Counted from the stretch's first letter, positions 38,324 to 53,740 are shown. The stretch is 64,000 nucleotides of DNA from Octopus vulgaris (GCA_951406725.2 OX597817.1:151776001-151840000), one strand, 5' to 3'. Notes: generated by a model from the sequence alone, not told the origin. Numbers and translations: made by a program.

Positions 38324-41300
38324 ATATCACTGTCATCATCATCATCATCATTTAACATTTGCTTTCCATGCTGGCATGGGTTGAATGGTCTGACAGGAGC
38401 TGGCAAGCCGGAAGACAGCACCAGACATCACTGTCTATTTAGGCATGGTTTTTATGGCTGGATGTCCTTCCTAACACCAACCACTTCACAGAGTGGACAG
38501 TGCTTTTTAAGTGGCACTAGCATTGGCAAAGTCTAATTTGGCATGATTTTTACCTTCCAAATGCCAACCATTTTACAATGTGGACTGCATTCTTTTTACA
38601 TGGCACCAGCACTGGCAGGGTCACCAGCTTCTTTCAGTTTCCATCAACCAAATCCACTAACAAGGCTTTGGCCAGCTTGAAATTATAGTAGAAGCTATAG
38701 TAGAAGACATTTGCCAAAGTGCTGCACAATCAAACTAAATCTGAGACCAGATGGTTGGGAGGCAAACCTTCTTAGCCACACAACCACATCTACACCTTGA
38801 AATATTATATGGCAATTCTAACCACTTCACCTTCATACCTCATATTTAAATACAGCAAAGATACTGGAGTTTCAAATACAGCAAAGATACTTGGAGGCAT
38901 TGTTATCATAAGCCTAAAAATATTTTAGCACCCATAAACACATAATAATAAATAGGTTTTTTTTTCTTTCTTTTAAACTTCATTTTTAAAAACATGATCC
39001 TTAAGTGCAATTTAAAACACCGAAAAATCACTGACAGAAATATTTATGTAAATATGATGAAATGAATAAAGAAGTTTTTACTTCATATCAACATCATCAT
39101 CATCATCATTTAACATCTGTATATATATATATATATATATATATTAACATATATATATATATATATATATGTTTATATATAAATAATCAGAAACTGAAGA
39201 AGCTGAACTGAAAAGTGAATTTATGGTAATGCCAATATTATCTTACTACAAAGCTGACTAACAAATATTGATGAATATGTCTGTATTAGGCATGCTGTGT
39301 TCGAAATGGATTTCCTTTGAAGAATTTCTGTAGTTCTTGCTAGCTTCCTCTAGTGATTTGAAATAAAACTCATGATAATTGTAATTATTAAAGAAGAAAT
39401 GTTCAACGAATGCTATTTTGTATTGCGAATATTCAAAGCATGGATAAAATCTCCAGTAAAGTAAGTATAAGAAGACCATGAAATGGGGTGGTTGTGCAAT
39501 ATGAAAGAATAATTGGAGGGAGAGAGATTATGGAAAATTTGATGTTGGCAGATTATCAAGAAAGATGGAGGGATGGTGTTATATATCTTGCTCTATGTCT
39601 ACAGCCTTCCCAGAATATAGATTTTGATTGATTGGCTGGTTCGGTAAATAGGAGTATAGTAATTATGGCTTTAAGATTGTAACAGCTAGAAAAGGAAACC
39701 ACTGAAATGGTAGTCGATTTTACTCAAAATTTATTTGTCTTTTCTACTTAATTTATACCATCTGACCTCACCAGTGATGGTGCCACGTAAAAAGCTACCC
39801 AGTCCAATCTGTAAAGGAGCTGGTATTGGAGAGGGCATCCAACCATGAAAACCATGCCAAGACAGACCTCAGCAGTGCTGGTGCCACATAAAAAACACCC
39901 AGTCCTCTCTGTGAAATGGTTGATGTTGATAAGGCAGCGAGCTGGCAGAAACGTTAGCACGCCAGGCAAAATGCTTAGCGGTATTTCGTCTGCCACTATG
40001 TTCTTAGTTCAAATTCCGCTGAGGTCAACTTTACCTTTCATCTTTTCGGGGTCAATTAAATAAGTACCAATTATGCACTGGGGTCAATATAATCGACTTA
40101 ATCCGTTTGTCTGTCTTTGTTTGTCCTTCCTGTGTTTAGCCCCTTGTAGGTAGTAAAGAAATAGGTTGATGTTGAGAAGGGCATCCAGCCATAGGAGCCA
40201 TGCTGGGACAGACAGTAGAGCTTGGTGTTGTCCTCTGGCTTACCAACTCCTGTCAAACTATCCAATCCATGCCAGCATGGAAGGTGGATGTTAAATGATG
40301 ATGATGATGACGATGATCATCTGGAGATCTTAGTACTTAGTGCTTCTAGCCCACTCAGTGAAACCTCTATCTTCATGTCTAAACACAAAACAAAGTCAAT
40401 AAGATTCACTGGGTGTTGAAACTCATTCAATCTAATCTCATGGATCCTCAAAGATTCACATTTAACAAATTACATTCTCTCGCTTCTACTCAACATTTCA
40501 ATGTGCATCTTCCAAGTTATCATGAAAATCACTTTTCATCTGAAGGATTCAATTTATTTTATTCCATTTCCCCCTGTAATATCACTTCATCTCTCCTTCC
40601 GTTGTTGTCAGACCTTAATCTGAAGTTTAGCATCAATAAAATTGTTTTTGACAATTCTTTTCATCCATTCTTCAAATAATGATATTACCTTCATCTTCAC
40701 AATAGCAGCTCTTTTGATTGTCTGCACGGATCAATTCTATTTGTTCTCCTTGGAAATATCATGAGAATATAAGATATATGTATATCTGTGTGGAGATGAA
40801 TTTAATAAATATGGAAGGAAATCGAATGACTTATTCTAAAATACACTGCTGCTTTTCCATTTTTGCAGTGATTGATGAGCCTGTAATTTCAAATATTCAC
40901 GTTGGATAATGGTAGTTCAAGATAAATATGTTTGAAAAAGAAAATGATATGATCACAGACATAGCATTTCAGCACAGGTCTGCCTGATCAAAGCTGATCT
41001 AAGGGTAAACAACACAACAACAATTTTACTTTTTCTAAGTCTTTGGGGAGTTTGAACTCGGCTTTATAAGCTAGTAATGCAGTTGGCAGTTTTATAGTGC
41101 TACAACTGTTTACAGAGCTGAATTATGCCATTCTGTAATATCTACAACAAGCAACTTGGTGGAATCAGCCAATGAGAATTAAGGAATTTGATCACCAACC
41201 CAATATTTTACAAGTGAATGATGAAACCTATATGTGATCACTTGACTTGCTGGGAATAGCAACCATATCGCTCTTATATTACCCTACCATCTTAAAGAAA

Positions 41301-42508
41301 GTAACACATTAAATAACCACTGAGCCATGCACCTTCACATATGCATATATTTATATATTATTTATAATATATATTATTTATATTATATATATATTTATAT
41401 ATATATATATATATACACACACACATGATATTTTGACTCTCACCAACCATAAGGTGGAACCACAGAGACTACCCCTAGTGCATACCTTTTCAAGTACTTG
41501 ATTCTATCTGAATTTGAATTCTGTCTGAATCCTCATTTTACTATGCACACTTGTGTAGATGTGAAGAGAAGGTTAAGCTTTGGATAATTGCTGAAAGAAT
41601 GGATAGAACTTTCGACCTTATCACTGGGACCCAAACACCCTCGCCACTAAGCCACAAGAAATAGATCTCCTTTGATCATAAGTCTGATCGATCAGAGAGC
41701 TAAACAACAACAACAACAACAGCAGCAGTGGAAGATTTCAAGAGGAACAAACTATTGATGCCAGTGGCTATTGTGCATGACAATGCTAAGTACTCTCCAT
41801 AGACAACAGCTCTTGTAAATCTCCTCCACACATAGGAGAGGAATCTATATGGTTGTAAGTGCAGTTCTCATTCCCCATTGCAGTTCTTTCTATATATATA
41901 TATATATATATATATACATACAGAATAGTTACCATACTGTAGCAACTTCTGTTCAATAGATCTGCAAGCTTTCAGTTATGCAGTAGTAGAAGCATACATA
42001 CACACACATACTCATACAAACATATGCAGATATACTTATTCATGGATACATGTAAATCAAACACATCCATGTGTTAAATATTAACTATGTTTAGTGTAAA
42101 TATTTGTCTTCTATTTTCTATAAAATGTCTTACAGTAACAAACTAACTCTCTCTCCCTCTCTCTCGCTTTCCCTCTCTCTCTCTCTACCCCCTATTGATT
42201 TCCTTAATCAACAATTTCTCTTGCTCTCTTTTATCAAAATCTTAAATTATCCTAGTCGTAAGGTCATATTTGTTTTGTTTCCCTGCCAGAATATCTGTCC
42301 ATTCTTTTATGCAATTACCCAATGTTTATCAATCTGTTTACATATACACACACATGTAACTATGCCTGTATTTATACACAGACCTATATATACATATATA
42401 TGGACTCTGCATGTGTGTGTGTATGTATAAACACACCCAAGATCACACACATTCACAGATATGGGTTGTGTGCATGCATGTGTGTGTGCATGCATGTGTA
42501 TAGATACA

Positions 42509-43179
42509 TAAGGGAGAGTAAAAAATTATATGCACTCTTGTTTTTTCAATGTATTTACACAAAAGCAGGGAATAAACAAGTACGTAATTTCTCTATATTG
42601 TCCCCTTCCTTTTTCATGCACTTGGTCCCATGGTCCATCAGCTTGTGTATTCCCTCCAAGAAGATTTTTGGTTGGTCATGCTACCATTTATGCATCAATT
42701 CCTTATCTTTGAGCGGTCCTAAGATATGATAGTCAGAAGGGGCAAGATCCTGGCTGTAGACAGGGCTCTCCAACACCTCAAAATCCAATTAGTTAATGAT
42801 TTCAATTGTCAGGGCAGCAGCGTGTAGGTGTGCATTGTCGTGCAACAACACGACTTTCTTCAATAATATGCTTCAGCATTTGGTGCAAATTGCTGGCTTC
42901 AGTTTTTTGGCCAGCAAAGCACTGTACCATACACCATTGATTATACACTACTTTTCCAGAGAAATCGGATCACTGCTCTTTGTTCTTCTTTGATGTACAT
43001 TGCAAGCGGAGTGGCCATGCTTACACTGGAAAGCCAGAAAGAAAAATGGTATGATCAGGCTCAAACTTAGATCACATGGCCACAATAGTACCAACTATAA
43101 GCACAAATGCGCAGAAGGCAGCGTGACCATAATAAAGATATGTTATGGTGAAAGTGCGGATAATTTTGACTTCTCCTCG
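42509..43179 (-). mobile_element. Internally deleted mariner (DD34D-type)
   Basis: Minus translation VLLHDNAHLHAA...EVLESPVYSQDLAPSDYHILGPLK; degenerate TIRs agggagagtaaaaaattat / ataattttgacttctcctcgTA. Confidence 0.8.
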
Positions 43180-44822
43180 TATTCTTTTACTTGGTTCAGT
43201 CATTTTTCAAACTTCATTTCTAATCGTTCAACATGCTTGACCGCTAAATCTCCATGTTTTCTTTCATTCTCTCTCTGTTTATTTTCTCTTATTCCCTTCT
43301 ATTGAAACATAAAAGACTTTTTCATTTTCTTGAGTGTCAAACTTATACACCTGCTTGTTGTTCATACACCTGTCTTTGTCTTTTATCTTTCTATAAATTC
43401 TAACTATATATTATACGCACACATGGTCACCTCAGTTTTATCCTGCTTTAACTTTATACTCTTTGTACTTGCATATCTTAACTACTTTCCGAACGTTCTA
43501 CACCTCTCGTCTACATACCAGCATTCCACCCAGATTACCACTGGAGATACTAACTCTACTTTCACCGATTTCACATGATTTTTATGGTTGGATACCCTCC
43601 TTAATGCTAGCCACTTTACTGAGTGTACTGGGTGCTTTTTATTTGACGCCAGCACAGTTGCTTTTTACATGGGGCTAGCACATATATATAAGGTGCAGTG
43701 AATTGTCAGGGCCATTAGTCTCAGAAAGCATGCCTTGGTGTCTTACTTTCAGCTCTTTACATTCTGAGTTCAAATCCCATCAAGGTCAACTTGTCATTTC
43801 AGTCAAGAAGTACTGGGATTGATGTAACAGACTAACCCGTCCCCTCAAAATTACTTTTCCTTGTGCCTGTATCAGAAATGATGCTTTTTCTCTAGAGCCA
43901 GCCATCGTCCACAAAAGTGTATAGTTTAGTAGCACATGCCATGCTTTCATAAATTGTTTTAGGTGCCTATGTTGTTGGGAGCAGACATAAACATCCTTTT
44001 GACTTTCCCTCCTTCTGACTCTGTGACACATCTGAGCTGTGACAGCTGGAAGGAGAGAGGGGGAATGTTGCTCCAACACTTACCTTATACTCGTTTCAGG
44101 TGAGTAAACCGGAAAAATATGAAATGAAGTGTTATATCTATAACTAGATAGGTGGATAGAGGAAGAGATAGGTAGATAGACAGGTAGATAGATAGATAGG
44201 TAGGTAGGTAGATAGGTAGACAGGTAGCTAGATAGATAGACAGGTAGATAGATAGATAAGTTTCTTTATTGGCCACACAGGGCTGCACACAGATGGGACA
44301 AATTACAAGGTAGAGCTTTTCTTTTGGGGGATGAAAAAAAAAGACAGGTAGATAGATAGATAGATAGACAGGTAGATAGATAAATTGATGGATGGGCAAG
44401 CAGATCCATGAGAAAGAGAAAGAGTGAGAGAGAGATAAATAGATAGATACATAAAGAAATAGGTAGCGCTATTTTAGAACATTGTGAGCACTGAAAGTAT
44501 TACGCAATGAAATATCTATTTTACAAGCAAAACATAGCTACTAAAACGAGTCATTTCCTCTCTCTCTCTCTTTTATGTTAAACAAAAAAATGAAAGGTAG
44601 TCAAGACAAACTCATAATGTTCAGCAATCTGCAATAATAATAATAAATAAATAAATTTAAAAATTGAAACATAAAAGATAAAAGATTTGAAAATTGATAA
44701 AATAAATGTTTTACATAACATGAGGAAAACTGATTTCTGACATATTTTGAGAGGAAATGACAAATGTGTTGGAAGTCTGTCAATGACATTAGGAAGTGAA
44801 AGAAAGAGACCATGTTATATAT

Positions 44823-44900
<78 letters not shown>

Positions 44901-45894
44901 TCTATATACTCTTTTACATGTTTCAGTCATTTGACTGCGGCCATGCTGGAGCACCACCTTTAATCGAGCAACTCGACCCCGGGACTTATTTTTTTGTAAG
45001 CCCAGTACTTATTCTATTGGTCTCTTTTGCCGAACCGCTAAGTAACGGGGACATAAACACACCAGCATCGGTTGTCAAGCAATGCTAGGGGGACAAACAC
45101 AGACACACAAACACACACACGCATATATATATATATATACATTTATACGACGGGCTTCTTTCAGTTTCCGTCTACCAAATCCACACAGCCACTCCTGCAC
45201 CATATCTCCACCTATCTATCGATATCTATCTATTTATCTATCTATTCATTCATCTATCTCTCTCACTAGCTACCAATATCTGACTATCTGTCTATCTGTC
45301 TCACCAAATGGTTTTCCAGCAGTTTTGATGCTAACCATTCCAGTTATTCAATCAACGGAACTCCCTGCTCTTTGAATCAGCATCTAAGTAGCAGAGTACT
45401 TCACAGGCACCAGTACCTTCAACATAATTCTTAGTCAGAATCTGTATGATACAGTGTGTGTGTGTGTGCGCGCGCTCTTTACTCTTGTATTTGTTTCAGT
45501 CATTTGACTGCGGCCATGCTGGAGCACCGCCTTTTGTCAAATCAAATCGACCCCAGGACTTATTCTTTTGTAAGCCTAGTACTTATTTTATCGGTCTCTT
45601 TTGCCAAACCGCTAAGTTACAGGGACGTAAACACACCAGCATCGGTTGTCAAGCGACGTTGGGGGTACAAACACAGACACACAAACACACACACACACAC
45701 ACATATATTTATATATGCATATACATATATACGATGGGCTTCTTTCAGTTTCCATCTACCAAATTCACTCACAAGGCTTTGGTCAGCCTGAGGCTATAGT
45801 AGAAGACACTTGCCCAAGGTGCCACGCAGTGGGACTGAACCCAGAATCATGTGGTTCATAAGCAAGCTACTTACCATAACTGTTTTTGACAGTT

Positions 45895-45939
45895 GTTGTA
45901 CTGATGAAGGCTAATGAGCCAGAAATACATGTCCATGAC
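45895..45939 (+). ncRNA. Decayed hammerhead-like motif
   Basis: gttgta CTGATGA a ggct aatg agcc a GAAA tacatg TC catgac. Confidence 0.45.
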
Positions 45940-47230
45940 TGTCCTCTTGTCTCCAGACAATAAGCCTATTCTTTGCCTTAAAGGTATGTCTATTTTGAAG
46001 AACCATTAGCTCTCCAGGCGAAATGCTTTGTGGTATTTCATCTGCCGTTACATTGTGAGTTCAAATTCCACCAAGGTTGACTTTGCCTTTCATCCTTTCG
46101 GGGTCGATAAATTAAGTACCAGTTACGCACTGAGGTCGATGTAATCGACTTAATACCTATGTCTGTCCTTGTTTGTCCCCTATATGTTTAGCCCCTTGTG
46201 AGTAATAAAGAAATAGGTATGTCTATTCTGAAGAATTCTTGAATCTTGAGGTTACCTCCCCTTCTCAAGTGAAGCTGGTCTTAATTGTCATTTGGTAATT
46301 ATGATACATCCTCCAGAGGCAGAGGTAATTTTAATAAATCAAGAATTTATTTTGTATGGTATTCAATATAACTGAATTTGTCTATGTTCCTCAAAGAAAC
46401 TTTTTCTATTTTCTTTTCTTTCTCAGCAAGGGACAGTAGATTACAATTCATCAATGCAAACTAACTAGATATTTTCCTAAATCCTTTTCTCAGAGCACTA
46501 TAATATATATTTCCAGATCAAATACTACCTAGGATAAAGCATAACATTGGTGAAGGGGTACGAATTCCCTAAGCCTCCAATTGATCAACAGGTACTGCTG
46601 TACTCAATCAGCTCTGATGACTTTCATTGATTGACCAAACCAAAGAGGTATCCTCTGTATCTATCTATATATATATATATATAGATAGATCCCTTATAGA
46701 TGGATCCCTTACTTATATAACCCAATGATGGAGCATCTACATCAGTGGTTCCCAGCCATATTTTATCTATGGACCCCTTTGATTACTATTTTATTCAGAT
46801 TCTCATGCCCCTAGCCATTCATTGTTTAATAACTAATATTATAGATATACATTATTTACATCATTTACATTTCACGGATATTTGGATTGTTACATGCATC
46901 GCCTTACTAGCATCTGTGCTGGTGGCACGTGAAAAACATTCGAAGCGAGCTCATTGCCAGTGCTGCTGGACTGGCTCCTGTGCAGGTGGCACATAAAAAA
47001 CACCATCTGAGCATGGTCATTGCCAGTACTGCCTGACTGGCCCTTGTGCCGGTGGCACATAAGAGCACCCACTACACTCTCAGTGGTTGGCATTAGGAAG
47101 GGCATCCAGCTGTAGAAACTCTGCCAGATCAGATTGGAGTCTGGTGCAGCCATCTGGTTCGCCAGACCTCTGTCAAATCGTCCAACCCATGCCAGCATGG
47201 AAAGCAGACGTTAAACGATGATGATGATAA

Positions 47231-47600
47231 TTGTCCTCATCTTGTTTGTTGTTAACACAATGTTTTGGCTGATATACCCTCCAGCCTTCATCAGGTGTCT
47301 TGGGGAAATTTTAAACTTGGGTTCTCATTCCTAGTGGTTAAGAGTGCGGGCTACTAACCCCAAGATTCCAAGTTTGTTTCCAGACAGTGACCTCAATAAT
47401 AATAATAATAATAACAACAACAACATCGAAAAATACCTTAGAAATGAGAACCCAGGTTCCAAATTTCCCCAAGGCACCTGATGAAGGCTGGAGGATATAT
47501 CAGCCGAAACATTGTGTTAACAACAAACAAGATGATGACAAATATCCATCAAAGGTAAATAATGTATATAATTCCTCATATCTTAAATATAGAACTGTAA
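47231..47600 (+). mobile_element. tRNA-headed SINE with hammerhead tail, preceded by an inverted copy of its own tail (47231-47333)
   Basis: Head tagtggttaagagtgcgggctactaacccc...; (AAT)n; tail homologous to 54402-54540. Confidence 0.75.
47473..47518 (+). ncRNA. Minimal hammerhead (mirror 47254-47299 and paralog 54447-54492 carry GAAA>AAAA)
   Basis: ggcac CTGATGA a ggctg gaggatatat cagcc GAAA ca TT gtgtt. The paralog keeps the ACGT palindromic stem III. Confidence 0.65.
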
Positions 47601-50459
47601 TATTATAGATACTTATTTCAAAATTTTTATTTTGCTTATCAAACTATGTAAAACATCAAATACATTTAAAGCAAAATTTTTCATGGACCCATAAAATACT
47701 ATTGTGGACCCTATTTACTATTTTGCTTGTGTGGACCCCCAAAATCTTATATGGACCCTGGTTGAGAACCACTGACCCACATCATCACTTAATATGTTAG
47801 AAATAGCAGTCAAATCTCCCTCAAACAACACCCTTTACCATCTTAAAACAGAAAGAACATATTGGATAATGTAGTGCTAGACACAGTTATACTTTGGCTG
47901 GGAAAACACAGAACGATTATACCTATTTCTTAACTACCCACAAGGGGCTGAACACAGAGAGGACAAACAAGGACAGACAAACAGATAAAGTCGATTGTAT
48001 ATCGACCCCAGTGTGTAAGTGGTACTTATTTAATCGACCCCAAAAGGATGAAAGGCAAAGTCGACCTCGGCAGAATTTGAACTCAGAACGTAGCGACAGA
48101 CGAAATACTGCTAAGCATTTCACCCGGCGTGCTAACGTTTCTGCCAGATCGCCACCTTTAGGACGATTATACCTTTGACAGGAAAGGTGTGTGGCTCAGA
48201 GATCAGCATATTCAACTCACAATTGTAAAGTTGTGAGTTCAATTCACAGTGGTAAACTGTGTCCTTGAGCCAGACACTTTATTTCATCACATAACTCCCG
48301 TCCACTCAGCTGGCAAAAATATGTTGTACTTGTAATTCAAAGGGACCAGCCTTGTCACATTCTGTGTCATGTTGCATCTCCCTGAGAACTACATTAAATG
48401 CAAGCATTTCTGTGGAGTGCTCAGTCACTTGCACATTAATTTCATGAGCAAGCTGTTCAGTTAATCAAATTAACTGAAATGCTCATTATTGTAACCAATG
48501 GAAATCCAGGCCACCTTTGACCTAGGCCTAGTCTGTCAAGAATCACCTAGGTCTAAACAATATCATCAAGGATAGACTGGATATTTAATCATAGCCAACA
48601 TATCTGCTCATTATATCAGATATACATAACCCTTTATTTTTTTCTTCCTTTCATTAATAACTAACTCTTAAAGCTATTAAATTCATTGCATCACAGTTGT
48701 CAGAATATTTTATGATTATTCCTTTCTCGACCCACTCTATCCTTCACAGCACCAGGAACATGCATAAATATCAATTAATAAAAACAGGCTTCCATAAAAT
48801 CATTAGCTTCTTTGTTTATAATTGTTGTTGGTGTTGTTGTTGTTTTAAAATAATTCTCTAAAAATGGGGAATAAAATTTTCCAAATCATCAGATTTGAAT
48901 TATATCTCTTTTTTTTAATTTGCATAATGAACTCAAATTTCAGTATTGGTAAATTGAATGGTAGAATTCTCTTGAGGCTAGTGTTTGAATGTTGTCAAAA
49001 AAAAAATCTCTTGTTGTATTAAAACAAACACTAAAAAGCACAAAAATATGGTAAAATGGAATGATCAAATGCTGCTGATTTATGAAAATAAAAGGAATCA
49101 AAGAGAAATTCGCATATTGAAAGATTTGTAAATTATCTGTGAAACTGTTGCAAAAGTTAGAAATAAAAGGAAAAAAACACTGATGATAGGCGCAAGTATG
49201 GCTGTGTGGTTAAGATGCTTACTTGGCAACCTTGTGGTGTCAGGTTCAGTCCCACCAGTGAGCACTTTGGGCAAATGTGTTCTGTTATAACCCTGAGTCA
49301 ACCAATGGAAATTTGTGTGAAAGCCCAGCCCATGCTAGCATGGAAAGCGGACATTAAACAATGATGATGATGATGTGTGTGTATTTTTGTGTTTGGTTTG
49401 TCTCTGAAACCACTGATTGACAACCAGTGTTGGTTGATTTATGTTATTGTAACTTAACAGTTTGGCAAAAGGGTTTGATAGAACAAGTGCCAGTATTTAA
49501 AAAATAATTCCTGGGGGTCAATTTGTTTAACTAAACCCTTGAAGTTAGTATCCCAGCTTGGCCACCATCCATTGACTGAAACAAGTAAGATGATGATAAC
49601 ATCATCATCATCATCATCATCCGCTTTCCATGCTAGCATGGGTTGGACGATTTGACTGAGGGCTGGCGAACCAGATGGCTGCACCAGGCTCCAATCTTGA
49701 TCTGGCAGAGTTTCTACAGCTGGATGCCCTTCCTAACGCCAACCACTTCAAGAGTGTTGCGCTTTTATGTGCCACCGGCATGGGAGTCAGTCAGGTGGTA
49801 CTAGCAATGACCTCGCTCGAATCTTTTTACACATGCCACCGGCACAGGTGCCAGTAAGGTGATGCTGGTAACGATCACGCTCGAATGATGCCTTTTATGT
49901 GCCATGGGCACGGAAGCCAGTTAGCCGCTCTGGCAATGATCATGCTCAGATGGTGCTCTTAGCACAATGATAGTAATTCTTTCTACTATAGACACAAGGC
50001 CTGAAAGCTGAGGTGAGGGGGATATTCGATTACTTAAACCTCCGTGCTCCTTGAGTACTTACTCTATTGACCCCAGGAAGGATGAAAGGCAAAGTCCACC
50101 TCAGCAGAATTTGAACTCTGAACATTAAGACTGACAAAGTGCCGCAAAGCTATTTGCACACCATGCTAATGGTTCTGCAAGCTTGCCACCTTTAATAACA
50201 ACAACAACAATAATAATAATAATTCTTTCTACTAAAGGCAAAAGGCCTGAAACTTTTGGGTAGAGCATTAGTCAATTACATCGACCCCAGTGTTTCACTG
50301 GTACTTATTTTATCGACCACAAAAGGATGAAAGGAAAAGTCAACCCTGGCAGAATTTGAACTCAGAATGTAAAGATGGATGGACGAAATGCTGAAGATGG
50401 ACGTAAGCATTCTGCTAGCTCACTGCCTTTAATAATAATAATGATAATAATAATAATAA

Positions 50460-51530
50460 TCATCATCATCTCATCATTTAACATCCATTGTCCATGTTGG
50501 CATGGGTTGGACAGTTTGACTGGGCTGGCATGCCAGAAGGCTGTGCCAGGATCCAGTCTGATTTGGTATGGTTTTCTATGGCTGGCATGATTTTCTAATG
50601 CCAAACACTGCAAGACTGGTTGGTGCTTTTAGTGAATGCTTTTACGTGCCACTAGCATGGGTGCCATTTGCACAACACTGGTATCTGCCATGACTGCGAT
50701 TTTGTTTGGCTTGATAGGTCTTCTTCTCAAGCACAACATAATACCAAAGGTCTTGGTCATTGCCTCCATGAAGCCCATCATTCGAAGGTGCTTGGCCACT
50801 TTGCCTCGTGAGGCCTGCTTGAAAGGAACTCAGCCACTTTGCCTCCATGAGGCCCAACACTCAAAAGGTACCGAGCCACTTTGCCTCCATGAGGCCCAAC
50901 ACTCAAAAGGTACTCAGCCACTTTGCCTCCATGAAGCCCAACATTCAAAGGTTAATTTTTTTTTACATGCCACCAGCACAGGTGCACTTGGCTTGATGGG
51001 TCCTCTTAAGCAGAGTACATCGCCAAATGTCTCAGTCATTAGTCATTGTTTCTGTGAGGTTCAAAGTTTGAAGGTCATTTCACCACCTCATCCCATGTCT
51101 TCCTGGCTCTACCTCTACCACAGGTTCCTTCCGCAGTTAAAGACCGGCACTTTTTTACACAACTGTCCTCATCCATACACATCACGTGACAATACCAGCA
51201 CAGTTGTCTCTCTTGCACATCACATCTGATTCCTCTTATACCTAACTTTTCTCTCAAGATGCTTACACTCTATTGAACATGCATACTGACATTGCACATC
51301 CAGCAAAGAACACTGGCTTCATTTCTCTCAAGTCTACTTGCCCATGTTTCACTGCCATGCAGCATAGCTGTTCACACACGGGCATCAAACAATCTGCCCT
51401 TCACTCTGAGAAAGAGGCCCTTTGTTGCCAGCTGGGGTAGAAGCTCTCTGAACTTTGCCCAGCCTTATCTTATTCTCACTGCTACACTCTTGGAACAACC
51501 ACCTCCACTATTAACCTGATCACCTGCCAC
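50460..51530 (-). mobile_element. RTE LINE 3' fragment with ~39-bp tandem repeats (50795-50950) in the UTR
   Basis: GWAKFRELLP...AMLHGSETW; ORF 51075-51257 is the same family as 12975. Confidence 0.85.
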
Positions 51531-51739
51531 AAGGCCAGCAATTTCAGAGGAGGAATTAAATTGATTACATCAACCCCAGTGTTCAGCTGGTACTTATTTT
51601 ATCAACTCTGAAAGGATGAAAGGCAAAGTCAACCATTTGAACTTAGACCATGAAGACAGACAAAATGTCACTAAGCAATTTGCCCGGCATGCTAATGATT
51701 CTGCCAGGTTACTGCCTTAATAATAATAATATTAATAAC

Positions 51740-52146
51740 AACAAGAGCACTCAAAGAGCACAAGCCTCTGCCAAGGCAACACCAACATCCTCTCAACAAT
51801 TAGCCAGAGATGATTTTTAAAATGAGAATATCTGAAATAAACTCGATTGCTCTCACGAACAAGAATAGTAAAAATGAACCCAACTATTCTCAATAATTAA
51901 GTAATAAAAATGGGAAAATTATCCAGAACCCTGGATCGATTTTAAAATCTAATCAGTTCATACCAGTTGCATGGCCAAACCTCCCTGAAAGTTTCATCCA
52001 AATCCAACCAGCAATTCTTGAGATATTTTGTCCCCAGAAAAAACAAACATGACTGAAAACAATACCTCTGCCTTGAGATATTTTGTCCCCAGAAAAAACA
52101 AACATGACTGAAAACAATACCTCTGCCTTTGCTAAGGTGGAGGTAA
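51740..52146 (+). mobile_element. Helentron/HINE-like non-autonomous element with ~55-bp internal tandem duplication
   Basis: aacaagagc start, sub-terminal cctctgcc motifs, terminal hairpin cctctgcctt-tgct-aaggtggagg then taat. Confidence 0.5.
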
Positions 52147-53165
52147 TAATAATAATAATAATAATAATTAGCAAAACGACATTGATAAAATGTAAGGGAC
52201 TAAAAAGAAGCAATGAATTAAGAGAAGAAAAGTTGTATGGAAGTGAAAAATAGATTGAACAGGAGATTCTTGGATGAAAAGGAATAAACAGGTAAAACAC
52301 ACACACACACATTCATATACATACACACACATGCTCACACAGAAATGCATTCATTTATGTCTCTGTTTGTCTATATAGTCATTTATTTATTTACACGCAC
52401 AAACATAAATATGAATTTTCAAAATAAATCTAATTTGGTTAACAAGATATTAGATTATGATAAATGAAAGAACAAGATTCAAAATTGATGACAGAAAAAT
52501 GCTGAACTAAAGTTGGCAAATATTTCATTTAATAAAACAGAAGTCAATTGTTGTTAAAAACGAGATAATTCTTCCTGAAATTTAGAATTGCAATTATTTT
52601 ACAAATTTCATTAAAATAATTTTACATTTTAAAGTAGGCAATATATATGCCAACAATAACCAGAATTCTTTGCATGGAAAATTTATTGAAACATGGAAAG
52701 TATGAATGGCTGACATGTCTTTAAAAAGGACATTACAATGGTAAGATGAAAATTGGCGGTAGACCTCATGGGTATCCACAACTTCATTTTCATGACCATC
52801 TCAAGTGGTCTCTCATTTTATGCAGTGTCCCTCCCAATTGATTAGAGGCCCTGGCTGTTAACCAGAAGGCATGGAAGTCTGTGTATGATGCTGAAGTTGT
52901 GAGCCCTTTGAAACTGAATGCAGGGAAAAAAATTCTGTTGGCTAGCTTTCCTCGATTTTAGCACAACGTGTATTTATAATGAATGTATAATGAAATGTGG
53001 AAATTGACGATTTAAAGTCTGTTCTCAGCATATTGGCATAGAAATAATTTTTCTCTTGCTCTTGTTTATAAGTTGTTTATAAAATTTTAACCTTTAAAGG
53101 TATTTTAATATGCTGCCACTTTTGATGAAATTTTTTTCTGAAAAAAATTTTATCCTATATTAGTA

Positions 53166-53200
<35 letters not shown>

Positions 53201-53204
<4 letters not shown>

Positions 53205-53740
53205 GAAATGCAATAAGAGGCTTCCAAATAGGAAAGCCTTGTGCTAGAAAGAGCAGTAGAAAACTAAAAACCACCAAATAAGGATAAATTTTCGAAAGGA
53301 ATGAAAATTAAAAACGTTTACCATCTCAGTTATTTCCCACACCATGGTTTCTAACTATTTCCAGCAAAAAAATATTTGCTGAAGGCCAGTTTCATCAGTG
53401 GGACAGCCTTTCGATTTCAAATACACAACACAGCCAGATCCACATGTAAAACTAACTGCTTGTATATTCTAACTTTTCAGACCACTGCACAGATGCAGAT
53501 TATACCCGGCGACAGAGAGGATGCCGGTAAAAATTTCGAACAAATTTATCAGAGAATATTTAAACATAATAAATAACAATAGGGTAATAAGAAATTATTA
53601 TTACCAGTGGCCTAGCACAAAAATGAATTAGTCATTAGACTATATATTATTTACATAGAAATACAATAAGAGGCTTCCAAATAGGAAAGCCTTGTGCTAG
53701 AAAGAGCAGTAGAAAACTCAAAACCACCAAATAAGGATAA
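53201..53740 (-). mobile_element. Element with ~88-bp direct repeats (53201-53288 / 53654-53740) enclosing a hammerhead motif (53335-53403, -)
   Basis: tccca CTGATGA aact..cagcaaa..tttgctg..agtt a GAAA ccatgg TG tggga. Position 17 is G (non-canonical). Confidence 0.65.

Noticed and set aside
39258-40909. Short ORFs in unique-looking AT-rich DNA
   Set aside because: No recognisable motif or splice context; possibly old TE debris.
50636-51229. 197-aa ORF with LCLHEAQHSKGT repeats
   Set aside because: Antisense reading of the RTE 3' UTR 39-bp tandem repeat.
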